DNA of 64,000 nt, taken from Phoronis australis. Its lineage: Eukaryota > Animalia > Phoronida. Shown here piece after piece: positions 38,971 through 52,336 of the stretch. Below the pieces are notes generated by a model. That model was not told the origin of the DNA, did not search any database, and worked only from the letters and a program-made list of their open reading frames with translations. The stretch spans positions 62,001-126,000 of the forward strand of contig NMRA01000502.1 in assembly GCA_002633005.1 (NCBI GenBank), in the 5' to 3' direction. Numbering within the stretch: the stretch's first letter is position 1; each line of letters starts with the position of its first letter. The position numbers and the translations under genes are program-made.

Positions 38971-39213
38971 CCCTCTTCGTTATTGGTGAATTAAAAATTT
39001 TCCTAAGTAATCTTTGGCCCACTACAGTGTAGCAATAAGGTACATGTATAACAATTGAGCAATTGCGGATAAATTCTTTGACATGCACTTAGCTGAAGTG
39101 AAATAAAATTACTATTCAAAAATATTTCTTTAGTGAAAATAGAGTAGTGTCCATGTGCAGTAGCTACAACAGTGCAAGCTGATGAAATTCTGTAGACTTA
39201 TGTGAGAAAACGA

Positions 39214-39216
39214 TGT

Positions 39217-39259
<43 letters not shown>

Positions 39260-39522
39260 NNNNNNNNNNNNNNNNNNNNNNNNNNNNNNNNNNNNNNNNN
39301 NNNNNNNNNNNNNNNNNNNNNNNNNNNNNNNNNNNNNNNNNNNNNNNNNNNNNNNNNNNNNNNNNNNNNNNNNNNNNNNNNNNNNNNNNNNNNNNNNNNN
39401 NNNNNNNNNNNNNNNNNNNNNNNNNNNNNNNNNNNNNNNNNNNNNNNNNNNTGCGCGCGTGCGTGTGTATATATATGTATATGTATATGTATACGTACAT
39501 GTAGGTCTATATGTATATATAG
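39214..39522. repeat. (GT)n and (TATATG)n microsatellites around an assembly gap (N 39260-39451)
   Basis: Directly visible. Confidence 0.95.
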
Positions 39523-40315
39523 GTAAGAATTATTAGTCTTCATGCAGCTATAGTTCGTCTGAAATGAAAATATCCTTGATTTATTGCAACACCATTATAT
39601 TCGATATATAAATACACATGTATGTATTATACGAGGAGGCTGTGCTAAGTAAACATTTTCGGAACACCGAAGGCCAAGTGAATATATTTACTCGGAACAG
39701 CAACCGAGGCTGACAACATTCACCCACACAAAACGCCAGTAGTTTAACATGTTTTTATAACATTTTTAAGTTTTAACTTACTTTTGTGCGCCATAACTTC
39801 TCACGTGACCGTAAAACAACCTTCTAGGTTATTACGCGGACACGTGACACGGTTATTGCACGGGCATATCAAGGAGTATGTGTTATAAATATTACTTACT
39901 TAAAACCCGAGGAGTTTATCACTACATACTCAGAGGGACATTACCGGTTTGACGACCGAAAAACGCAATTTTTGGATCATTGTTTGATGGGGTAAGCCAT
40001 AAAACAACAAAATCCGTGGTGTTGTGATTTTATTTCAAATCGTCGATTCTCGCCGCTGTCGGGCAGACATTCGCTGAAATCAAGACCGGCATCTTCACCA
40101 TTTAAACACGCATAAAATACCCCACTAATGAGAGTGTGAGGTTTGGCTCAGCGTTAGAACATTTGGCTGCTACAGGGAATCAGAGTTAGTGCGTGCGATT
40201 TTGCGCTACTGCTATTTTCTCTCGGACAATGTCCCTTTAAGTACAAAGTGCAGTTTGGTTACAAATGTATCTTCTTAGCATTAATTACAAAGTGGCCTTA
40301 GCAATTACGATTTTC

Positions 40316-40572
40316 TCAGTTCTTCCTCAGGCACGTGCAACCCTTGTTGAGTGAATAAATTACAAACGCACAACAGTCGGGGCGCGAACAAAACTCCAGA
40401 CAGAACAGTTCGGGATGGAAATTGTGAGGTCCGTCAATTATCTTCAAATCCCCCGTCACATTTTTAACAACTTGAAAAGTCGTAGAGGTCAACCGCGCAA
40501 AAATCCGAATGCCTTCGGTATGGAGCATGTAGCTGTCAAATTCCATGCTTGGCGTTTCCAATGTGCACTGAC
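40316..40572 (-). CDS. Lectin gene B terminal exon (paralog of gene A exon 8)
   Basis: Minus TTTGTATGCAG| phase 1; GQCTLETPSMEFDSYMLHTEGIRIFARLTSTTFQVVKNV..ELFCLEFCSRPDCCAFVIYSLNKGCTCLRKN* aligns with exon 8 of gene A. Confidence 0.88.
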
Positions 40573-42675
40573 CTGCATACAAAAAACAAAAACATCGTTC
40601 TCATTGGCAAAACAAATGCTAAATATACAAACTACCTTAACTCATAGACTAGGTGGGTGTTCTCATTGACAGCCTTCTTCTCTGTTTCTTTGGTCACGAT
40701 TGCAGGTCTTTTCTCATGTGCCGCAATTCTGTTTTTTGTACATTGTAAATACAATTCCATTCTCAATGACGGCACCAGAAATCACAAAAGGCAATTGCAG
40801 AATACTGGGAATCCGTGTCACTGTTGCAAGTATTTTTACTACCACCAGCACTGATATACACTCCGGGACCAATCGCACAAATTGTCAGACAATTCGGTTT
40901 TGAGCTATGAACGGCAAAATAAATTACGCTGTAAGCATGACAATCCATCATGCTAGTGAGGAAGTAATTCGAAAAATGCAATTAGACGAATTGCTGCCAT
41001 AAAAGATGATTCTCAAGCATGGGATAGTTAAAGAGGCATTTTGCCCCTTTTAAGCTAACAACGTTGAATCCTTAAATAAAGGGCTCCGAGGTTTAAAAGC
41101 ATTGCCACTCTAATCCAATCGAATTAGCCGGTAACTCAAGTCAGAGGTTAAACGTACACGCGCAATTTTTGAATGCACAATTTTAGGGTTGGCAAACCCC
41201 AGTAAACTCCGAAGCTTTTTCTTGAGTCACTGGTGGTTTCAACGTTGTTGTTGGTAACTGAGGTGGAATCCACGGAAAGCAATATGATGAGATTATAAGG
41301 CCTAATTTGCTTCTTTCAGCCATCTAAACAGGACGAAATGCAGCTTTAATTTAGTGGATCAAAGGTGCTTGTCGAAAAAAATCAAAACATTGTGAAAAAT
41401 CGTTAAATCTTCTCCGCCTTTAACTCCAAACAATCCAAAACCCATCTGAAGTGGTAAAAACAAGAATTTTTGAACTTCCAATTTTGTTTGTCACAGCGAG
41501 TTAGTTTTAAGTAGCAATAAACCAGTTGGTACAATTCTGTTTTTCTCGGCTTTATACAGCCACATGTTATATCAACTGTGTGCTGACTGTATTCTATATA
41601 CGCCTGATGATGACATTAAGTAATATAGCAGCGTGGATATGAAACACAGCGTCTTGTTTTTACTATTTAAACTTGTATTCAGTTTTATGGAGTCTTAGTG
41701 GATGTCTTTGCCAACGCATGTATATCTATGGTTTTGCCTACTCAAGGCAGCGGGACGAACAAGACTGCTTTTTACTTGCAAATTGCGAGAATAAAGAGAA
41801 TGGGATCGTAGTCAATTTGAAGCAGCATTAAACCAAAAAAGGTTCCCTCTCGACCAAGGTCCTTATCGCTAACATGAGGCATGGCACGCAATAACAAGTC
41901 ACGTGTCGCTTTACTCGCAAATGCGATCCCAGGTATATGATTTGACCAATGTTTGTTCAGATAATTATGATGCAAGTTTGAAAACAAAACTTTAGACTTT
42001 ACACATGCTTTCCTGCTGATGCTAGCTTTCGACCTTGTAACATCTTGTGAATATTACTAGAAAGTCACAGCTGCTCATTTTCAACACAGACGTACTTCTG
42101 CTCAGTCACCAGTGATTTGTTTGGTGTCATAGGCGCTTGATCCCGATGCTATGACATTTGGCCTACTGAAACGATTGTCGTGATAATCGCTTCAAACAAT
42201 ATGCATAAATTGAAAGCTTTGTCTGCTTAACTCTAACCTTGAAAACGTTTTAGCTTGGGTGGTAAAAAGAATTAATTTCCGCACTACCATCCGAGCGAAG
42301 GTTATTTAAAATTGTTTGAAAAACTTTCCGCAGCCAAGTTTCTGACAGAGCTGCATCGAAGAAAACAACAAAAAACGTTTTTACTCTCATTCTTTCACAT
42401 CCACAAAGACCCCCAGTTTGTAGTTTATCTTCACAGTAAGTCACGTGATCTAATTAGCGCGAGCAGCTCCAACTGTTGGCGCTAAAGTTATTGGACATGT
42501 GGATACCTTTTGACTTGTGTGTTCACAAATCTGATACTCGTCAGACAACTTGCCTACTTCTACGAGATTGAGAAACCGAAATCGTGTGACAAAAGAAAAT
42601 TACGACAATTTGTGCTGCGAAGGTCTGAACAAACATGCAGCAGCCTGCGGTATTTTTTACGGCAGAAGACTTATA

Positions 42676-43611
42676 ATAGACCTTTCCCCAACTCAGCGCA
42701 TCGTCCAATCAGAACATGAACAGTACCCACTGCGGTCGCTTTGTTGCTATTCTTCACAACCTTCGCCATTTTTAGCACGTTCATGCCGGATAAGAATCGA
42801 GTGGCGGCTACTGACCCATGGGCGTCAGCAAAAGGAGATACCCCATGAGGACACCAGGAAAAAAGATGTTTTTGGGAGAGGGGATCACGATTATTCATAT
42901 CCCGCTGGACCTGATATTCCTCGCTACATCCATTAATTTTGTTACATTTTTATTCCTTTTAAAAACTAGTTATTTAGCAATTAAACCTTATTTTTTATTG
43001 TTCCGGGGGAAAACAAAATTTTAATTTAAATTCATTTCAAATGACATTTTTCTTCTGTCAATACAATATTTATTTGAAGAATTTTAAAAAAAAGTTCTCA
43101 TTAACAGTGTTTCCTGAAATATATTTTAAAGTTATTGATTACTTTTTCCAACACCAATTCAAAAGGACATTGCTAACTGTAACTTGAAAAGACTTGGTAT
43201 CTGCTTTCACATTACAAATCACTGTTTTTCTCTTTCTTGTCTCAGTTGCCTTGGCAACCATTAAATGATAGGTCAGACTGGGTGTTATTTTTGCACCTCT
43301 AGGCACAAGGGACTATTCTGTGGAGGGATGGATCTTAAAGAAAGAGCACTAGAAGCGTGTTTTTTAAATCTAATTTAAAGCACCTATGCATTAAAATAGC
43401 TGACCAGATGAATTTTGTTATATCCTTCGGCCTACGCTATAAGAATATCCCCCAGATGATCTCCTTTCTGGCTGAAAAGTCGCCAGGAATTTTCTTCAGA
43501 CTACCCGTTTCAATATGCACTAGCAGACCCCATTTTCTTCATGGCTTGTGATAAATGGCAAAAATAAATATTATAAATGTCGCTACCCGTCCGATCTCGG
43601 AAAGGTCCATA
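42676..43611. mobile_element. Possible non-autonomous TIR element
   Basis: Short imperfect TIR ATAGACCTTTCC / GGAAAGGTCCATA; no clear TSD. Confidence 0.3.
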
Positions 43612-46252
43612 GTTTGTGCGGTAAGATCTGCTGCCAGCTCAGGAGTCCTGTTTAGAGTGCAATTGTTGGCACAGTTTGTGCTTTGACAAGGTTCTCAATT
43701 TCTTACTGAAACTCGTATGGTTGCTCTGTCTGGGGACTCGTTGGTTCCCTGCGAGTAGATAGCAGCCAGGTATCATTCAGTAGCACGCGCTTTATCACTG
43801 GTTGATGTAATCTCGGCAGCTATTGGTGAGCTTCACAACAAAGAATGAAAATGGCGACCTATGAGCGATTTAACCTTGTCATGAGAGTGGCTCAACAGCA
43901 ACCATTTCGTTAATTCTGCAGTAATGTTTAATAGCCGCGTGCTTGAAGCACATAATTATACATGTACAATATACACATATCTGGCAGATTTAACCGGTGT
44001 GTTATTCATGCTGTGTGAATACAGGGCAGCAACGTAAACAATAGTCTGCGCCGGTAGAAAGATCCACCCCGAAAAGGCGCATCCACAATTTTCTGGCATT
44101 TACATTTCTTGAACATGAATTAAGAATCGGTTTGTCTGTACAACAGACCACATTTACACTTCTTCTATCAGTCATGCCAATCAGAAACGCCGGTGTAAAA
44201 TAATTTCCCGAGGAAAATTAAATGATACCTAGCTGCGTTATCTTAACCACCTATCGACACGCACGGAGCCAGCGAGTATCTGGGGAATTCCTTTTTGTTA
44301 ATAACACTGGACCTCACACACGTTTTTCCGTTTTGTTGTTGGCAGGAGGAGATATCCTTTACCGACCAAAACAATAAAAAGTTTTACAAGAGCAACGCGA
44401 AGCGTTGAAATTTAACCACAATTACACCGGGGGTGTTTATGGTACCGTTAAGATGACATTTACTAAGTTAGCAAAGAATACGTCTAACCTGTCAGAAATT
44501 AGAGCCACATCGTCGTCGTCTTTCTAATACAAAACTAATTGCCAAATTTCATAAAAGTCTCCCCAGGATCTCTAAAAATGCAGAGGAAAACGTAAAAACA
44601 AAAATTACTACTAGGGGTTACAGCTACATGTATAGTCGGAGTCATCCGTTGGCAGCCATTGTCACATTTACTGAGGAAAACTAAGGAAGTTCATAACTAA
44701 AAAAATCATAAAGATCATGCATGCATAGACGTCAGGCGCTTAACCATGGTGGCAAAAATACACAAGCACCGCTAGGGTTTGCCACAGTAGCCAGGCGCCT
44801 CCTCAAATCAAAGTCATCCATGGTCTTCTTATTAGGAACACAACAGTTTCATGTTATTCATATTGATTCTTTGAGCAATATGGCGGATTAAAAAGGCAGG
44901 CGAAGTAAAAAATGTCCTCTACCAAGGGCGGATCCAGGATTTTGAGTTAGGGGGTGAGGGCAGAGTATTAGCCAGGATTTTGCCCGTCAGACATTCGCAA
45001 CCCCGAACTGCCAAACGAAATATGAGATAATTTTAGGAGGCGGGGGCTCTTGGCCACCCCCTAAATCCGCCAATGAATAGGTAGCGCAGAATACGAAAAT
45101 GAGAGGGAATTGTTGTCTCCATAATAGAATCCTATTTGCTCAATTTCACGAAAATCCACCTGTTCACTACAAAGAAAAAGAGACAACTGTAAAATAAATA
45201 AAATTGGCATTAGGGAGCCGAACAGCTGTAGTAGGATTGGACTGAAACTCGTCGTCATTCGTTGCCACATATGTGACAAACATCACAAAGGTCGTCCATA
45301 AGGTTGAGAACATAATAGTGATACAGCCACGGACGCAAAAAGGGCCATAAGTTAGGGGCACCAAATTAACGTCAGCCACGGTCGCTTCTCATCAAAAACA
45401 GTCCGTCGATTTTCATAATTAGCCATCATAAGCGGTTTGGCGGATACAGGGGCAAACGTCAAAAACATACAGAAGAATCTTTAAAATTCCCACCAGGTAA
45501 TATGAATAGGTCAAATGCCCCCAAAATGGGAAAGCGTCGTTGTCTCCAAATCAGAAGCTTATTTCCAAAATTCATGATCCCATCCATCAAAGAACTTCTA
45601 AGATAAAGAGGCAAATTAAAGAACCAAATTGCCACTAGGGGCACAGCGGTAGTGCGAGCGGTCCAAAACTCGTTGTTGTCGGTCGTCTGCTTAATAGAAA
45701 CGAATCTGCGGAACCAGCCAGCAAGACGTTTACAAGATACAGCAGCGGACGCCGAGCACAGATGACGGCAAGAAACACCCACAAAATGTACATGTGGGCG
45801 CATAAAATTGATGTAACCAAATACGACCTTATCTCAAACCGTTTCGAACATAATTACAGGTGTAGATCATTCCTGAGTGTGGGATAAGGCATATTATAGT
45901 CGGTATGAGTGGACAGTTTAATTAAAAGTAACAACAGACAAAGAAGACGACAGACCCACCGTCCAGTCCGCAAACATGAGAAAATCCGAGATGTGCACAA
46001 TGCAAAATATATTGTTGCCTACTGTTACATTACCTAATCTTTTGCCTCATTCCACACTGATCGAGGATGGGCCAGCGCCCGTACCGTTTGTTGCTTTTGA
46101 AAAAAGACATACCCGAGTTATTGTTCTGGTTTGGTTTATTTGATTTTCTATTATCTTTTGGTAGTTAAAATACACAAAACTCACAGTTGCTTGGCAAAAG
46201 ATGAGGAACGCTATTATTGTGTTGTTACAGAGAGTGCATACTTGTACTTTAC

Positions 46253-46375
46253 CTGGTATTTGACATACAAGACTGTATTCATGCCCGCAAAGGTCGTCAT
46301 TCCAAGTTCCTGTATTAATTAACGTCGTGCAGTTCTCACTACCTCCAACATTGTTTGGTTCACCTTCACTCCAAT
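46253..46375 (-). CDS. Lectin gene B EPN/WND exon
   Basis: Minus GCGCAG| ... G|GTAAAG, 123 bp like gene A exon 7; NWSEGEPNNVGGSENCTTLINTGTWNDDLCGHEYSLVCQIP. Confidence 0.95.
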
Positions 46376-46479
46376 CTGCGCGTATAAATTGATGACTGCC
46401 TCTTAATTTACCGAATTGCCATCAAATAAGTGATTAATTGACCACTTTTCACATGACTGTAGTTTTATGCTCGCAGTGA

Positions 46480-47690
46480 GAGCTTAAAACTGTCTGACGA
46501 ATACGTTTTTCATCTCATTTATGGGTGCATTATTTCAATGTAAAGTTGGACATTTTATAGTAATTTGCCGATGAGTTTGGTTAATGAGTTAACGAAACCT
46601 GTCATTCAGTTGTGCAAGTGATGTCTTTGTGGCAAAGTGTGTTTTTAGCTTTGTTTTGCTTATAAAAGTTGTTTTTAGCGTATGAGAAATGGTACTATGG
46701 AAATTAATTAATGAGGACTGTCTCTCAATAAAAATATCTTGAATTATTTTTACACCAAGATTAGTTTGGTCCAATGCAACTAAAACTCTTGCACTTCAAG
46801 GTAGTAAAGCTGCTATGTTTATCTGTAAAATTCGAAACTGATGCACGGAATTACCATTGAATCTATCACTTGAACTGTTTGATATAATTGCTATGTGCTA
46901 CGGAGCGGAAATCTGAGGATTAACAAATATGAATGGCTTGAAAGTATTATGCTAAATTCTGTAAAATTGCTCTTCGACTTGGAAGTTCTTGCTCAAACGC
47001 AGATGTATACGGCGAATGTGGAATTTATACGGTCTATACAATGTATTTTGTCACATGTGTAAAATATTGTCTAAAGTTGTCGAAATTGCCACCTACTAGA
47101 TACGCTAAAGCGGCTTATGACATGTTAGCTGGTTTAGATCGATCTTCTGTTAGGCAATTGCTGTCAAAATACGGTAGAAATTTGGTCGAATCAAGGCGTC
47201 ACATGCCAAATCTCGTTTTTAGATATCTTCGCACAGAGTTAATTACTGCTATGAGCAAGGTTGGCGATCAGAAATTGAGCATAGTTCAAAACTTAAAGAC
47301 TACTGTCATTTTAAGACTCTGTTCTACTTTGAACCATGCAGTTGTATTTTAAGTTACCGCTACCTCATAGTCTTATTCAAGTGTTCACTCGGTTACGTTG
47401 CTCCAACCATAGACTACAAGTGGAAGTGGGTAGGAGCTAGAAAGTGGAATATTACAATAGCTTGTGTTTGATTTGCAATGACGGTCTTTTAGAAGGTCAC
47501 GTTTTATGAAAGAAGTTCAGTGGAAGCACCCAACCCAAGAATCCTGTATACGCCTGCTACCTAATTCAGATGTGTCTGTTATTGAATATGTGTATTTTGC
47601 CCTTAAAAGAAGGGAACGACTCTTAAATGCGTTGACTGCGTGTGCAAAGATGCCTGTTTAATTCATGTTTACTGTACGTTGGGCCAGAGG
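46480..47690 (+). mobile_element. Decayed LINE 3' fragment (RTE-X-like)
   Basis: Fragments CYGAEI*G, VYGECG, VKYCLKL..LPPTRYAKAAYDML, LRCSNHRLQVEVGR and CLICN resemble the post-RT/C-terminal region of non-LTR ORF2. Clade is inferred. Confidence 0.75.
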
Positions 47691-49939
47691 AAATTGAGTC
47701 AGATGTTGAGTATCGGTGTGGTGGACTTGCATCCCAGCCGGAGGAACTTAGAAAGATATCTTCTCAAGAGACAGAAACCAGGCTAGTAACTGGCCCAGTG
47801 AGCCTTGTGAAGTGTGAAACATTTTAGTTTTCTATTTTCTTATTTACGTCTCTAGTAATGGCTTTTTATCTTGTTAATTTCTCGACCTTTTGTACTTCGT
47901 CCGATTGCATGTGCTGTTGTTCCATACTTCTTGTCTCAATTTTTTGACAAATTGTATGCTTTGGACTTATAGCAATGATTGTTTTTGTATGACAGATTAG
48001 TATATGTGTCATAAAATAAAGGTTAGACATAGTCAGTTTGATAATTATAGTTTTACCAGCAGTAAAAACAGAATAAAACACTGTGAATGATAGTTCCATA
48101 TTTCGACAACAGGTGGCGCCCATAAATTCATATTTCTTCCATAATTCTACATTATAATTGAAAAATATAACAAACTATGTGTTTATTATGACTTAATAGA
48201 GCCTGTAGGAATATTAGCTGCAGTATCATCCTTTATGGACACTTAAATTTCGCCTTTTCTAACTTCTTTTAATTCCATGTAAAATTTGATGAATTGGCAC
48301 AATTTTAACATCCAAATTCACAAAAATGTGCAAGCTTAAAAGCAGGAACGTTTTTCATTTATAAAGTACAATAATTTGTGACACCAAAAACACCTGAATA
48401 AAGTTGCCCCCATAAAGTGGGCACAGAAGTGGTTTTCTAGGCCTCCTGTGGCCTACGGCCCATGGCCTAATAGGTTTTATAAGAACTGATACATGTACGT
48501 GCAGGTCAGGTTAGTTAAGGGTGATACTGAAAGTTGCTTTTCCCGGCAGGTTAGTTGCAATCACCAAGGCAGCCCTGCCGTCAAAATGATTCCTGGCGAT
48601 TTATTGGCCACATTGTCAGTTCAACTAAAGTATTAAGTCACGATGATGTTGCTTTGAAAAAGTATAAAGTTGACGATCAACCTTTCATAAAATTCCATAT
48701 TTATTACAGGTATTCGACGTTTCAAAACTTCCACACAACCCCCAACTCAAAAGAATGTCGCCATTCTATGACATCCAGCTATTCATCTAGCCTCTGAAAT
48801 TTACCCGCTATATGTTCCGCATGCCTTGTGTATCCATTCTCTTGATAATACAGCTCAGTGGATGTTGCCAAATGTCGAGTACTTGTAATAAAGATGGATG
48901 TTTATAAAACTAAAACCTTGATCGTCAACTGTATCCTCATGTTATGGCCAAAATCGAACATAATTGGACAGAAAAATTACGCCTGCAAGGAAAGTTAATG
49001 TTTTGAATACAGGGGTCTGTTACATGAAAAGAGTCTGAAGACTTCAGGCAGAAATTTGGTCTTTCGATCCTCACATGAACACATTAATGGTTTCTCCAAG
49101 TTATTCTGAGCACATTCCAATCCAGAAATAGTTTATAGAAATTACCTCACTAACGTGATTTGTAGTGGGTGTAAACTATTTTACCGAGATACACTGCAAC
49201 CGCCTTATTCACGGATCTACGGATAACTAATGATAACAGAATCACCATTAACCTGTTCAGAGAGGGGGAAAGGGGAGGTCCCATTCCAATTCCCAGTTCT
49301 TTTGGCCTTTCGTGATTTCCGGTGTCAAATGCGTTTCGATCCCAGTCCCAATAAATCTCCATTCACGAAACACGCCATTTTTCGCCCGCGTTTTCAGTCA
49401 CGGTCACAAAAGGGCCTGATCACAATTCTTAGAAAAAACCTTTCCCCCTGTGTTTAGGTACATCAATAAACAATCTAAAAGTTCTACACAGTTTAAAAGG
49501 ATTGTTTACTGATAAATTAAGTGAGTTCGAGCTTCATTGGACTTTTGCCCTTTTAAAGGGAAACGCTTCAAATGAAACGTTACCTGAACGCAGGACTTCT
49601 TGCTACTAGTTGGACTCATATATGCATGTACATGCCCACTACATGCGCTACATGATACCAGAGGTACGTTGTGCATACGCAAGCAATTAACGAAAAAGCT
49701 ATGTCAGGCAAAATCACGTGAATTAAATATGAGTGTTTCGCGAGAATGCCCGGACCTCAAGCTGTCCGCGTTCCAAGCAAAATGACTGCCACTGAACTGA
49801 TTGGTCGGTGAGGTTGAACTGTTGAAATATGGGACGAAACTCACTGTTTACAGGCCCTAAGCAGAGATTTCACCGAAATTGATGGGCGTCTGTCTAGGGG
49901 AGCAGTACAGACATGTATTGGACAACATCATCTTCTTAC

Positions 49940-50045
49940 TTGTGTACGTCGGTGGATCACCACTTCTTGTGACTACAAATATTCCTTCGTTTGCATGGTC
50001 ATCAACTCCAATCCATATGGGGAAGGTAATTCCAAGTGACGTCGC
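49940..50045 (-). CDS. Lectin gene B WIG exon
   Basis: Minus TTTCATAG| ... A|GTAAGA, phase 0 to 1; ATSLGITFPIWIGVDDHANEGIFVVTRSGDPPTYT. Confidence 0.92.
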
Positions 50046-50347
50046 CTATGAAACACAATGAACTCTTACTCACATTCAATGTATGAAAATATTAGTAATT
50101 TTTATGTGACATGTTTATCAGAGAATTTTATTAGCTAACGCATACTTTGTTAAACATGGCCCAAGCAATAAGTTTTCCTCAATGCTACCCCAGAAATGAA
50201 AATTCCAGCACTGAATTTTCTACGAATATATAAATTGACTGTAGGTACATGTACAAATTGAACGTCGCATTCCGAAATGCATGTCAATCAAAATGACCAA
50301 TGAAATCCAGAACGCAGGGTGAATGCAAATTACTGTGACCACATTAC

Positions 50348-50502
50348 CGTTTCCAGGATCCATCTGTTTTCCGCGTCATCGACAGGTGCCACCACCTCCC
50401 CATTGAATGACTGGCAATGCTTCAATGCATTTGCGTATTTGTAACTTCTCACTACCTTGTTTAAGAACAGGTATCCGTTTTCACCGTAGGTAAAATACTT
50501 CT
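50348..50502 (-). CDS. Lectin gene B CTLD N-half exon
   Basis: Minus CACTGCAG| ... ACG|GTAATG, phase 1 to 0; EKYFTYGENGYLFLNKVVRSYKYANALKHCQSFNGEVVAPVDDAENRWILET. Confidence 0.9.
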
Positions 50503-50899
50503 CTGCAGTGCAAAAAATCAGTCAGTTGTGTGGCATACCAATGAGTATAGGGTGACAGTCGTGTGTGATGCTCAATGATGGCGCTAATAAACAGAATGGT
50601 TTAACAGCGAAGGCTGGCTATGGAAAGCCATAGCAGAATATATTCTAGGACACAATCTTTTACTCGAGATTTAAATTTTCTGCAGGACCAAATATATACT
50701 TAAAACACAAAATTAATGCCCAAGGTTCTCTAATTTATCACGTCAGTACCAAAATTTAACATGTCAAGACACGAAATTTATTACTTCATGAAAATTTCAC
50801 ATCTCAGGAAAATTTCAGACGTCCATAAAATTTGACGTAAGGAAACCAAGTGACCATCCACAAGCACGTAACACCTCAAAGAGGTGACGTAATATGTAC

Positions 50900-50977
50900 C
50901 CAACGTCTCGCCGATGACAGCCACCTTATCGTGGCAATGAGGTTGAATTTGTATACAACAATGTACACTTGTACACA
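50900..50977 (-). CDS. Candidate lectin gene B upstream exon (degenerate CTLD C-terminus)
   Basis: Minus TTTAG| ... G|GTACAT, phase 1-1; VCTSVHCCIQIQPHCHDKVAVIGETL, with Gly where the last CTLD Cys is expected. Confidence 0.4.
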
Positions 50978-51545
50978 CTAAACTGTCATTGTCACGTGGT
51001 CTCCTGGCGTGAAATTTTTTCCTGACAAGAAATTTTATCTTGGCAAGAAATTTTCTCACGTGGGTTCAAGAAAGGCCGCGAAATTGGCATGATTTTGGAT
51101 ACAGGCCAATGGGCCTAAAGGCGCGGCAATACGGTACGTCTCACACGTGGCGCCGCCGCATTGTAAAGACAATAAACACATTCATTGCGCGAAAGATATT
51201 AAGGCACGCATTCCCCGGTCACGTCTAAACCCAAATTATCAAAGTTACATGCCCAAAAGTTAAATGTGACGTGACCGGATGTTTACGAACAGAAAACTGC
51301 CCCTTAGTGAATTTGAAAAATGACGGAATCATTGGAGATATAACCCGTGCACTGCGCAAAGTTTAGCGTTACGTTTTAGCCTACTACAGCGTGAGCTCTA
51401 AGCCTGCTTTCGTGAGATAAATACACAAGCTTGAATATTTCCGTTAATTTCTTACTTCTGAATTTACAAACATAACTCTTTTTGTTGGAGATGCAAGATT
51501 TGCCTTCCCAAATTCCATCTGGTTTCAAACAGCCACATCTCTCAC

Positions 51546-51581
51546 CGGTCTCAATTTGACTTGAATCTCCTTTATCCCAGT
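51546..51581 (-). CDS. Candidate lectin gene B 36-bp exon
   Basis: Minus TTTACAG|ACTGGGAT.. ACCG|GTGAGA, phase 1-1; xWDKGDSSQIET starts like the xW exons of both genes. Confidence 0.45.
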
Positions 51582-52336
51582 CTGTAAACCAAGAATAATT
51601 GCGGTTATTACATGATCTGAAAAGTTTATGAAGTCATTAACTCAACTTTCTCCACATTCACTGCTCATACCTTCATACTGACTGCTGCTATGGTAGCGCC
51701 ATTTTTTATTTCTCAAAAGGTTTTTGGAAAAACAATGCAGGTATCATCGCTGTTAGAGCTCGGGATCATCTTGATCAAAAACCACTACTATACAACTGCG
51801 CAATAAACGAGTCTTTTAAAGTGGCATGGAACGCTAAAATTCGTGAAAAAAATGGTTTAAACAATCCCTAACGAAATTACCTTCTTGCAACCTCTACTAC
51901 AGAGGTATCCACTTCGCCTGTGAGGGAATGTCCAGAAAAAATCAAGCAATTAAGGGTTTTTGAAAGACGGACGAAGAAAAGGCATTATGGTAACCACAAT
52001 AGATTTCTAATCTCCCTACCACATATGATAAATGCGCGCATGGGCAAACATTCATTTGACAAACAGCTGACTCGGTGACAAGATATACAATAGTACCGGT
52101 AAAGTGCTGTGGAGTGATAACCTTGCCACCCAATGTGCTTTGTGTGATGGAGCTAATGATTGTGTTCTGTACACACTGTACTCGATAACATCTGACTTGG
52201 ATCGCGAGCGGCTATGTCTTGAATGTATTGTGCTCTGGGCACTTCTTCATGTTCCTTGGGATTATTGTGCCAGGACATAACTGTGGTATATATGTGCTCT
52301 GTTCCTGCAACTGTGACCTGTCACGATTGGATCATT

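Noticed and set aside
39130-39543. ORFs with HT/CV/YI repeats; also ORF 964-1395
   Set aside because: Artefacts of microsatellites and N gaps.
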